Part shown: piece after piece, positions 8,883 to 16,396 of the stretch
Layout of the letters: each line of letters begins with the position of its first letter
Position numbering within the stretch: the stretch's first letter is position 1
Assembly: GCA_031276295.1 (NCBI GenBank)
Contig: JAISNI010000215.1
Coordinates: forward strand, 2,285-66,284
Reading direction: 5' to 3'
Source of the DNA: Treponema sp.
Lineage (GTDB): Bacteria > Spirochaetota > Spirochaetia > Treponematales > Breznakiellaceae
DNA length: 64,000 bases
The notes under the pieces: generated by a model
Seen by the model: the letters and a program-made list of their open reading frames with translations, nothing else
The model's database searches: none
What the model was told of the DNA's origin: nothing
Translations under genes and position numbers: made by a program

Positions 8883-9899
8883 ATGGAAGAAAGTATCGGC
8901 AATAACCGGCAAAATTCCGCAGTATACGCCCGTGAAATACCCGGGAACCTCGACGATAAGCGGGTTACCTGGCATACGGCCTTCATTGACGCCATACGGC
9001 TCTCATTGATCAACTATCAGGACGCCCTTGACTTTGACATTGAGTATCAGCTTACCAGGGAACCGCTCCGCATTGATTTGATCATCATCAAGAAAAAGCA
9101 GGATGTGATTATTGATAAGAACATCGCTTCCATATTTAAAGGCAAGAACATCGTGGAATTTAAGGGGCCGGACCACTCCCTCTCGGTGGAGGATTTTCAC
9201 ACGGTTATGGCCTACGCCCACCTGTACTGCACTCCTCCCGGAAACGCCGATATGGGGGATTTGAGCGTAAGCTTTGTATGCAGCCATGAACCGCGTGATA
9301 TGAAGGCATACTTACGGGACTTTTATCACTATAGGTTGACGGAGAAATGGCCGGGAATTACACTAATAGAGGGCGGGGTGATGCCCATGCAGATAGTAGA
9401 GCGGAATAAGCTCAGCGCGAGGGAAGAGCCGTGGCTGGTGAATCTGGACAGGAATTTGAATGCGGAAAGGGTAAAGGCGGTACTGGAGGATGTCCAAAAG
9501 ATAGGCACAAGCGTATCTTTTGGAGCATACTTATATATGGTGGTACTGGCAAACGCGGAAATGGTGAGGGAGGTAATGAAGATGAATGATTTGGCGGTAT
9601 TCGAGGAAGTGTTTAAAGGGTTCGGTATCATAGAAAAGTACAAGGACGAGGGGATAGCCGAGGGAATGGCCAAAGGGATAACTGAAGGGGAAGCCAAAGG
9701 GATAGTCAAAGGAATAGCTAAAGGGATAGCCAAAGGAATAACTGAAGGGATAGCCAAAGGAATAACTGAAGGGGAAGCCAAAGGCAAAGAAAAAAAGGCG
9801 CTTGAGATAGCTCAAACCATGAAGGCAGATAAGGAACCGATAGACAAAATAGCCCGCTATACAGGGTTGACGGAGCAGCAGATAGCTGCATTGCCATAA
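8883..9899 (+). CDS. PD-(D/E)XK nuclease-family (Rpn/YhgA-like putative transposase/recombination-promoting nuclease) protein with a repetitive C-terminal linker and HTH-like tail
   Basis: PLRIDLIIIKK...NIVEFKGP matches the D...ExK core. The tail IARYTGLTEQQIAAL is typical of this family. The region is lower in GC than its surroundings. Confidence 0.65.
   Translation: MEESIGNNRQNSAVYAREIPGNLDDKRVTWHTAFIDAIRLSLINYQDALDFDIEYQLTREPLRIDLIIIKKKQDVIIDKNIASIFKGKNIVEFKGPDHSLSVEDFHTVMAYAHLYCTPPGNADMGDLSVSFVCSHEPRDMKAYLRDFYHYRLTEKWPGITLIEGGVMPMQIVERNKLSAREEPWLVNLDRNLNAERVKAVLEDVQKIGTSVSFGAYLYMVVLANAEMVREVMKMNDLAVFEEVFKGFGIIEKYKDEGIAEGMAKGITEGEAKGIVKGIAKGIAKGITEGIAKGITEGEAKGKEKKALEIAQTMKADKEPIDKIARYTGLTEQQIAALP
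9649..9786 (+). repeat. In-frame 12-nt periodic tandem repeat (about 11.5 units) encoding (E/K)G(I/M/E)(A/T/V) tetrapeptides
   Basis: The DNA reads gag ggg ata gcc / gag gga atg gcc / aaa ggg ata act / gaa ggg gaa gcc and so on. The protein reads EGIAEGMAKGITEGEAKGIVKGIAKGIAKGITEGIAKGITEGEAKG. Confidence 0.9.
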
Positions 9900-10110
9900 C
9901 AGGGAAAGGGCCGTATAACACACCAAGAGTAGGGCGCGTCTTTGCAAGCCCTGTAGTCCATAGACCTCATTCAACGGCGTGGTTTAATACTCCGCAGAAT
10001 CTCCGATCCCCGCCGTGGCAAACTGCCCGGTGTGGTTTCTGTTTTTCCTGCAACCTCAACCACTTTCTCATGTCTAAAGAATTAATTCGACAATTTTTTT
10101 TAATTTGTTA

Positions 10111-10139
10111 TTATGACATATATAATATATTTGTCATAA
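10111..10139. promoter_or_regulatory. Near-palindromic AT-rich element TTATGACA-N13-TGTCATAA containing TATAAT, 11 bp upstream of fabH (candidate operator/promoter)
   Basis: TTATGACA (10111-10118) and TGTCATAA (10132-10139) are perfect inverted repeats. TATAAT lies at 10121-10126, and the RBS AAGGTGG follows. Confidence 0.35.
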
Positions 10140-10149
10140 AAGGTGGTCT

Positions 10150-11196
10150 ATGGCAATTGAATTTATAAGTACCGGCAGCGCCATTCCGGCAAAGCGGATT
10201 ACAAACGAAGAACTGGCGGTAAAGATCGACTCTACCGATGAGTGGATATTTTCCCATACCGGCATCAGGGGCCGCCATGTGGTGGATGAGAATACGTCTA
10301 CAAGCGATCTGGCGGTAGAAGCGGCAAAAAAGGCCCTGCTCCAGGCGGCCTCCTGGAAAAGCGGCGGTATGGAAGAAGAGGAAGCCGCGCTGAGGGAGGC
10401 CGCTCTCAGCCTGGATTTTATCATTCTGGGGACGGCTTCGCCGGATTTTAACGGCTGCCCGTCGACCGCCTGCATAGTTCAGGATAAGCTGGGGGCGGTA
10501 AATGCCGGGTGTATGGATATTACCGCCGGTTGTACCGGTTTTATCTACGGCCTTGAAACTGCGGCGGCGCTTCTCGGTATCAACGGCAAACGGCGGCGCG
10601 CCCTCGTTATCGGCGCCGAAACTCTGTCCAAAATTACAGATTGGGATGACCGCCGCACCTGCGTGCTTTTCGGCGACGGGGCGGGGGCGGCTATAATCGA
10701 AAAAACCGGCGCCCCTTCCAGCGGGGCGGGGCGGCGCGGCATTCTCCGTTCCGTTCTCCACGCGGACGGATCCGGGTCCGGTAACCTGATGATTCTGCGG
10801 GGCGGTTCCAGAAACCCCTACAGGGCGGGAGAAGTAGTCGATATTCCTCCCCATGTGGACATGAACGGCCGTGAAGTTTACAAATTTGCGGTTAAAGCCC
10901 TGACCGATACGATAAAAGAGCTCCTGAATGAAGAGGGGATACGCGTCGACGATGTCGCGCGGATTGTGCCCCACCAGGCGAACGCCCGTATCGTACAGGC
11001 GGCTGCAAAGCGGCTCGGCATAGCGGAGGAAAAATTCTTTTTAAATATCGAAGATTACGCCAATACATCGGCGGCTTCTATCCCCATAGCCCTTGACGAG
11101 ATGAGCCGGGGCGGAGGGCTCCGAAAGGGAGACCTCGTTATGACCGTCGGTTTCGGCGCGGGTTTGACCTATGGGGGCAATCTTTTTATTTGGTGA
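10150..11196 (+). CDS. fabH: 3-oxoacyl-ACP synthase III
   Basis: Motifs: TDEWIFSHTGIRGRH, active-site GCTGFIYGL, PHQANARI, NTSAASIP. Confidence 0.95.
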   Translation: MAIEFISTGSAIPAKRITNEELAVKIDSTDEWIFSHTGIRGRHVVDENTSTSDLAVEAAKKALLQAASWKSGGMEEEEAALREAALSLDFIILGTASPDFNGCPSTACIVQDKLGAVNAGCMDITAGCTGFIYGLETAAALLGINGKRRRALVIGAETLSKITDWDDRRTCVLFGDGAGAAIIEKTGAPSSGAGRRGILRSVLHADGSGSGNLMILRGGSRNPYRAGEVVDIPPHVDMNGREVYKFAVKALTDTIKELLNEEGIRVDDVARIVPHQANARIVQAAAKRLGIAEEKFFLNIEDYANTSAASIPIALDEMSRGGGLRKGDLVMTVGFGAGLTYGGNLFIW

Positions 11197-11207
11197 AGGC
11201 AGGAATT

Positions 11208-12164
11208 ATGGCGGTAAATAAAGAAAACGTGTTTTTTCTCTTTCCGGGACAGGGCGCCCAGTATCCGGGCATGGCTCTGGATTTTCTGAGGGCGGGCAGC
11301 CGGGGGGCGGGGGAACTTTTTGAAATTGCCTCCGGCGTAATGGGCCGCGGTATGGAGGCGCTCCTGCGCGATTCGGACGCGGAAACCCTCAAACGCACCG
11401 ATATTTCCCAGCCGGCGGTTACCCTCGCAAACCTTGCGGCGGCATACTATCTTGAGGAAAAGGGCTTTATATGTAAAGGCTGCGCCGGTTTCAGCTTGGG
11501 CGAATACGCCGCCCTTGTGAAGGCCGGCGTTATATCGGCGGAGGACTGTTTCCGCCTTGTTAAAGAACGGGGGGCGGCAATGCAGGCCGAGGCCGACCGG
11601 CTCCGGGAGGAGGGGGGCGCCCCCGGTATGTCGGCGGTCATAGGGCTTTCTCCCGACGAGGTTGAACGTCTCATTGCCGAGTGGAAGGCCGGCGGGCTTG
11701 CCGATCTCTATGCCGCCAACATCAATTCCCCCCGGCAGACCGTTGTCGCAGGTACGGCTTCCGCCCTTGAAGAAGCGGAAAGCCGTTTTAAAGCGGCGGG
11801 AGCCAGGCGCTGCGTCAGGCTTCAGGTTGCAGGACCCTTCCACTCGCCGCTTATTGCGGCGGCGGCCGAGCGTTTCCGGCCCTGTCTTGAAGCGGTACGG
11901 TTCTCCGATCCCGTCCTCCCGCTTTACTCCAACGTTACCGGGAAGCGTGTCGCTACCGGCGCTGAGGCGCAGGCCCTGGCCGTGCGCCAGATTACCGAGC
12001 CGGTGCAGTGGGTAAAGGAGGAGAAGGCCGTAGCCGCGGAGGGCGGTATGGAAGCCTGCCTTGAAACAGGCCCCGGAAAGGTATTGCAGGGCCTGTGGAA
12101 AGATTCCGGCAGTACAATCCCTTGCCTTGCGGCGGGAACCTTAGCCGACATCGACGCCCTTTAG
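11208..12164 (+). CDS. fabD: Malonyl-CoA:ACP transacylase
   Basis: Motifs FLFPGQGAQYPGM and GFSLGEYAAL. The ATG at 11208 is preferred over the track GTG at 11190. Confidence 0.95.
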   Translation: MAVNKENVFFLFPGQGAQYPGMALDFLRAGSRGAGELFEIASGVMGRGMEALLRDSDAETLKRTDISQPAVTLANLAAAYYLEEKGFICKGCAGFSLGEYAALVKAGVISAEDCFRLVKERGAAMQAEADRLREEGGAPGMSAVIGLSPDEVERLIAEWKAGGLADLYAANINSPRQTVVAGTASALEEAESRFKAAGARRCVRLQVAGPFHSPLIAAAAERFRPCLEAVRFSDPVLPLYSNVTGKRVATGAEAQALAVRQITEPVQWVKEEKAVAAEGGMEACLETGPGKVLQGLWKDSGSTIPCLAAGTLADIDAL

Positions 12165-13777
12165 CGCTCCATCGACACGTATTTTTTCAGTGTTGCGGCT
12201 ACCGCGCCGGGGCCCGAGAGCAGTTCGCCGAAATAGGCTTCTACCCTTTCCCCCAGGCCCGCTTCGTAGAGATTGACGCTGAAAATGCTCTTGTCCTCAA
12301 GAATAGGTTTAAGTTTTGCGGTAAAGGGCCCCTTATCACAGAGCTTGATGCCGTTCAGGGCTTTGGAGAGGGTTTCGTAGCGGGGATCGGGGCTTACGGT
12401 AAAAGCCTTGCCCGTATCGTCTATACCCAGAAGGTAACGGAGCCAGGCCGCAAGGGTGAGGGGGATGAGCTTTAAGTCGTTAACGTTGAGGTTCCCGTTT
12501 GCAAGGTAAGCCTTGATGGTTTCGCCGAAACGTATGGGGATTTTCTGGGAGCTGTCCGTGGCGATCCGCTGGGGGGTGTCGGGCATAAAGGGGTTCGGTA
12601 TCCGTACACGGATAACTTCGTCAATGAATTTCCTGGGCGAGAGGATCCCCGGATCAACCACAACCGGAAGCCCTTCTTGATACCCGATAATCTCAACCAG
12701 CTTGACAAGATCGGGATTCTTCATTTCGTCGCTTATCTTGGTATAGCCCAAGAGGCAGCCGAAGACGGCAAGGCTTGTGTGGAGAGGGTTAAGGCAGGTG
12801 CAAACCTTCATCTTTTCAACCTTGTCCACGGTGTCCCGCTCGGTAAAGAGAACCCCCGCCTTTTCCAGCGGCGGGCGGCCGTTAGGGAAGGCGTCTTCAA
12901 TGACGAGGTACTGGGCCTCTTCGGCGTTGACAAAGGGGGCGGCGTTGGTGTTCTTGGCGGTAAGCTGGGTATCCATATCCTGAAAGCCCAGTTTTTCGAG
13001 CATGGCCCTCACGCTTTCATCCGGGCGGGGGGTTATCTTGTCTATCATGGTCCAAGGAAAGGACACCTTGCCGCGGTCATGAATATAATCAAGGAAGCCC
13101 TTTTCGGCAAGGCCGTTTTCAACCCACGTGCGTGCGTAGGCTTCAACCGAGGCGGCGAGCTTGTCCCCGTTGTGGGAGCAGTTATCCATACTTACCAGGG
13201 CCAGGGGGAATTTCCCCGCGAGGTAGCGCTCATAGGTAAAGGCCGCAATCCGTCCTATATAGCTTTTAGGGTTTGAGGGGCCTGCGGCAAAATCATCAGC
13301 AGTATCCGGAAGGTATTCCCCGCCCGCGCCTAAAAGATTATAGGTCTTTTCAGTGATGGTAAAACTCACCATTTTAAGGGAAGGGGAACGGAAAATCTCC
13401 TTCATTCGCCCGTACTGATCGTCCCGGTCCATCCTGAGCGCTTCGGCAATGCTTGCAATCACCTTCTTTTCGATGGTTCCCGAAACTTTTAAAGTAACAA
13501 GCAGGCTGAGGTTATCGTAGGGCCGGTAAACCCGCTCTATTGCCTCCCCGTCGTAGCCGGAGGCGGCGATAAGGCCGGTTTTCGTAAGCCCCTTATCCAA
13601 CAGATCCTGCTGGAGCGCGGCAAGAAAAGCCCTAAAGATATTGCCCGCACCGAAATGCACCCATTCGGGCCCGGTTTTGGTTGCCTCGATCATAGCGTCC
13701 CGGTCAAAATGCGGAAGCTCTATCCCCGCTTCCTCCCATTGCCCCGTATCCTTGAGAGCGGTATCATTCAGATACAT
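12161..13777 (-). CDS. Mannitol-dehydrogenase-family oxidoreductase (long form, fructuronate/tagaturonate-reductase-like)
   Basis: 538 aa. The N-terminal Rossmann motif VHFGAGNIFRAF resembles UxaB/UxuB-type enzymes. The stop overlaps the fabD stop (TTAG, 12161-12164). Confidence 0.75.
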   Translation of the reverse strand: MYLNDTALKDTGQWEEAGIELPHFDRDAMIEATKTGPEWVHFGAGNIFRAFLAALQQDLLDKGLTKTGLIAASGYDGEAIERVYRPYDNLSLLVTLKVSGTIEKKVIASIAEALRMDRDDQYGRMKEIFRSPSLKMVSFTITEKTYNLLGAGGEYLPDTADDFAAGPSNPKSYIGRIAAFTYERYLAGKFPLALVSMDNCSHNGDKLAASVEAYARTWVENGLAEKGFLDYIHDRGKVSFPWTMIDKITPRPDESVRAMLEKLGFQDMDTQLTAKNTNAAPFVNAEEAQYLVIEDAFPNGRPPLEKAGVLFTERDTVDKVEKMKVCTCLNPLHTSLAVFGCLLGYTKISDEMKNPDLVKLVEIIGYQEGLPVVVDPGILSPRKFIDEVIRVRIPNPFMPDTPQRIATDSSQKIPIRFGETIKAYLANGNLNVNDLKLIPLTLAAWLRYLLGIDDTGKAFTVSPDPRYETLSKALNGIKLCDKGPFTAKLKPILEDKSIFSVNLYEAGLGERVEAYFGELLSGPGAVAATLKKYVSMER

Positions 13778-13809
13778 AGTATTCTCCTCATTACAGATTA
13801 TAATGACGG

Positions 13810-13970
13810 CTAGCAGTTTGTTGCACTTCAGCGCAAAATTGTATAAAAATTCACGAAAGTGAATTTTTATACCTTACAAACTGCCATCGGACCAAAGGTC
13901 CGCGCAGCCCCGATTATCGGGATTTTTTGCATGAATATGCAAAAAATCCACAAGCGCGACAGGCTGCTAG
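13810..13970 (+). repeat. CTAG-bounded hairpin-mosaic repeat, long form (copy A, 161 bp)
   Basis: The ends are CTAGCAGTTTGTTGC...GACAGGCTGCTAG. Internal perfect hairpins are GTATAAAAATTCAC-GAAA-GTGAATTTTTATAC, GGACC-AAA-GGTCC, CCCGAT-T-ATCGGG and GGATTTTTTGCAT-GAAT-ATGCAAAAAATCC. It is about 90 percent identical to copy B. Confidence 0.85.
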
Positions 13971-14305
13971 GCAAGCCGCCGAAATCGGTCTCGAAAACAT
14001 TCTTATCGTTACCGGATGCGAAATAACCGGGAAATTCCCGCTTCGACACGGGCAATATCTTTGGCGGTACGAGGGTTTCCTTACGGAGGCTGCTATAAAC
14101 TGCATTCTGCACCCGCCCGCCGGTTTTCCTGATTCATACACGGCGTTTTTTAATGATATTGCATTTTTTACCCCATGACAAGGGACACAGGAAAAGGATT
14201 TTTGCCTGAAGAACGGCACATTATTTGTACCGCCCGGAAGCGGTTCGTTCTAAAGAATATCACCGTATATTGATATTTTCCCTTTCAATGGGTATATATT
14301 TAGAT

Positions 14306-14372
14306 CGTATAACAATTCACGAAAGTGAATAGGTATACGATGCAAAAATCCACCGGCGCGGCAGGCTGCCGG
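14306..14372 (+). repeat. Degenerate partial copy (G) of the same repeat family
   Basis: GTATAACAATTCACGAAAGTGAATAGGTATAC followed by GCAAAAATCCACCGGCGCGGCAGGCTGCCGG parallels the modules and right end of copy A, with mismatches. Confidence 0.55.
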
Positions 14373-14391
14373 ACAAGCGGAGTGTAACCCG

Positions 14392-15456
14392 ATGGAGACA
14401 GATTTTTTTTCCGATATGATAAGCCCCCGATTCAATCCCGCCGCGATACTGGATATATCAGGCGGGGGCAGGGTGCTCATAATCAGCGATTTTCACATGG
14501 GCGGGGGCAGGCACGACGATTTGGCCCATAACGGGGCGCTGGTACAGAAGATGCTGGAACAGTATTACTTTAAAAATGACTGGATGCTGGTGTTGAACGG
14601 CGATATCGAGGAACTTCAGCGGTTCAGCCTTGAGTCCATACGGGAACAGTGGCCTGATCTCTACCGGATCTTCGATCTCTTTGCCGCCCAGGGCAGGCTT
14701 TATAAGATCATAGGTAACCATGATGAAGAACTGATATTTGAGAAAAGCTACCCCTATATGGTTTACAATGCGGTCAGGGTAGAAACAGGGGTCATTCCGG
14801 CCTTTGTCTATCACGGCCACCAGTCGTCCAGGGTATATACGGATTTTAACAACCTTATCCGGGCCAGCGTCCGTTACTTTTTAAAACCCGTAGGAATACG
14901 GAATATTTCCAGCGCCCGCAGCCCTTACCGGCGCTTTTTTGTGGAAAAGCAGGCATACGATTTCTCTTTAAACAACAACTGTATTTCGATTATCGGTCAT
15001 ACCCATAGGGCGCTTTTTGAATCCCTGGGCCGTTTTGACTATATCAAATTTGAGATAGAGCGGCTCTGCCGGGATTATCCGCTTGCGGCCCCGGAAGATC
15101 AGGCGCGCATAGCGGGGGAAGTCAAGGCTCTGCGTCTGGAACTGGGCAAGCTCAAGCGTTCCGAGCGGCGGGACGTGCTGCGGCAAAGCCTTTACGGCGA
15201 CGAGCTGCCCGTTCCCTGCCTTTTCAATTCGGGCAGTTCCATAGGCAGGAAGGGTATTAACGCCATAGAGCTTGATAATGAAAATATCGCCCTGGTGTAC
15301 TGGTTTGCCGAGGGGCAGAGCAAGAAATTTGTAAACAGGGGTAGTTACCGGGTGGATAATCTTGACCGTACACCCTATTACCGGGCCGTGCTGAACCATG
15401 ACAGGCTCGATTACGTCAAGGCAAAAATTGAACTTCTGGGCTCAGGCTTGGATTGA
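14392..15456 (+). CDS. Calcineurin-like metallophosphoesterase
   Basis: Motifs: ISDFHMGGG, LNGDIEEL, GNHDEE, GHTH. Confidence 0.8.
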   Translation: METDFFSDMISPRFNPAAILDISGGGRVLIISDFHMGGGRHDDLAHNGALVQKMLEQYYFKNDWMLVLNGDIEELQRFSLESIREQWPDLYRIFDLFAAQGRLYKIIGNHDEELIFEKSYPYMVYNAVRVETGVIPAFVYHGHQSSRVYTDFNNLIRASVRYFLKPVGIRNISSARSPYRRFFVEKQAYDFSLNNNCISIIGHTHRALFESLGRFDYIKFEIERLCRDYPLAAPEDQARIAGEVKALRLELGKLKRSERRDVLRQSLYGDELPVPCLFNSGSSIGRKGINAIELDNENIALVYWFAEGQSKKFVNRGSYRVDNLDRTPYYRAVLNHDRLDYVKAKIELLGSGLD

Positions 15457-15550
15457 TAGGAGAGCCGGGTCCATCCTCCGGCCTCTCTCTTCCAGGGACA
15501 AGCGGCGTTTTTAAAGACCTTTCATATTAATCCTTATAGGATCGGCTTTT

Positions 15551-15580
15551 TTGTCCGATTGATAAATAGTAAAGTATAAT
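15551..15580 (+). promoter_or_regulatory. Candidate sigma-70-type promoter ahead of the flagellar cluster (-35 TTGTCC, 18-nt spacer, -10 TATAAT)
   Basis: TTGTCC lies at 15551-15556 and TATAAT at 15575-15580, within the 190-bp gap before flbB. Confidence 0.3.
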
Positions 15581-15645
15581 GGTACCATCAGGAGCGGACA
15601 GGCTGAAGGCAGGTTCCTGTTTCGCGTGCGGAGCGTGGGGCCTAT

Positions 15646-16287
15646 TTGGGAGGAGTGCAGATTTTGGGAAGGGTAATCGTACTGTTATTTCTCATAATAA
15701 TTCTCGCCGGTGGAGGACTTGTCTGGTTCGATCATCTCAATGTTATCGACATCAAGACCTTGCTGTCTCCTGTATATCGATTCATCGGCAGGGAAGGCCG
15801 GACGGAAACGGAAGCTCCAAGCGAGGAACTCCTGTCATTGGATGCCGAACGGTTTGCGGCCCTTGTAGAATCGCTGGATTTGCGCAGTATGGATCTGGAC
15901 CGCCGGGAGGAGGATATCCAGAAACGGATGAACGAAATCGAACAGATGGCCCAGGAACTGGAGGAACGTCAAAAAGCACTGGATGAACGGGAGAAATCCA
16001 TTAATGCCGTCCTTCAGGAAACCGAAAATAAAGATAGGAATATCGAGCAGATATCGCGGTATTTAACCAGTATGCCTCCCGGTAATGCGGTGGCTATTCT
16101 GGATAAAACAGGCGATCAGGATGCAATCGACATATTCAGAAAGACCGAAGAGATAGCGCAGGCGGAAGGAACCGTTTCTATGGTATCGGTATGGCTTATG
16201 CAGCTTTCCGCCATAGATGAAAACCATGCGCAGCGTGTTGCTGAATTGAACCGTAAGATGGCGGCCAGGCCGCCCGCGGTGAACTAA
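15646..16287 (+). CDS. flbB: Flagellar protein FlbB-like (N-terminal TM, coiled coil, MgtE-N/MotE-like C-terminus)
   Basis: The gene sits directly upstream of fliK as in spirochete flagellar operons. Supporting sequence: TM VIVLLFLIIILAGGGLVW and MPPGNAVAILDKTGDQDAIDIF. An alternative TTG start at 15664 follows GGGAGGAG. Confidence 0.6.
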   Translation: MGGVQILGRVIVLLFLIIILAGGGLVWFDHLNVIDIKTLLSPVYRFIGREGRTETEAPSEELLSLDAERFAALVESLDLRSMDLDRREEDIQKRMNEIEQMAQELEERQKALDEREKSINAVLQETENKDRNIEQISRYLTSMPPGNAVAILDKTGDQDAIDIFRKTEEIAQAEGTVSMVSVWLMQLSAIDENHAQRVAELNRKMAARPPAVN

Positions 16288-16396
16288 GCCTCGTGTACGA
16301 ATAAAGTACCTCGTATTTTATTCTCGTTGCTGCCGCACAGTTCATGAGCAGTTTCCCCGGCTTTCGGAATAGTAAGTTTAAAAAGGAGGCCGGGTG

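Noticed and set aside
8787-8975. The N-terminal 63 codons of track ORF 8097-8975, which would overlap the Rpn-like gene start.
   Set aside because: The internal ATG at 8786 yields a canonical signal peptide. The upstream extension has no signal, overlaps the divergent gene, and is likely untranslated.
9649-9786. Regular short-period repeats, considered as a possible CRISPR array.
   Set aside because: The period is 12 nt with no spacers. The repeats are in frame within a CDS and encode a tetrapeptide repeat, so this is not CRISPR architecture. No cas genes are present in the window.
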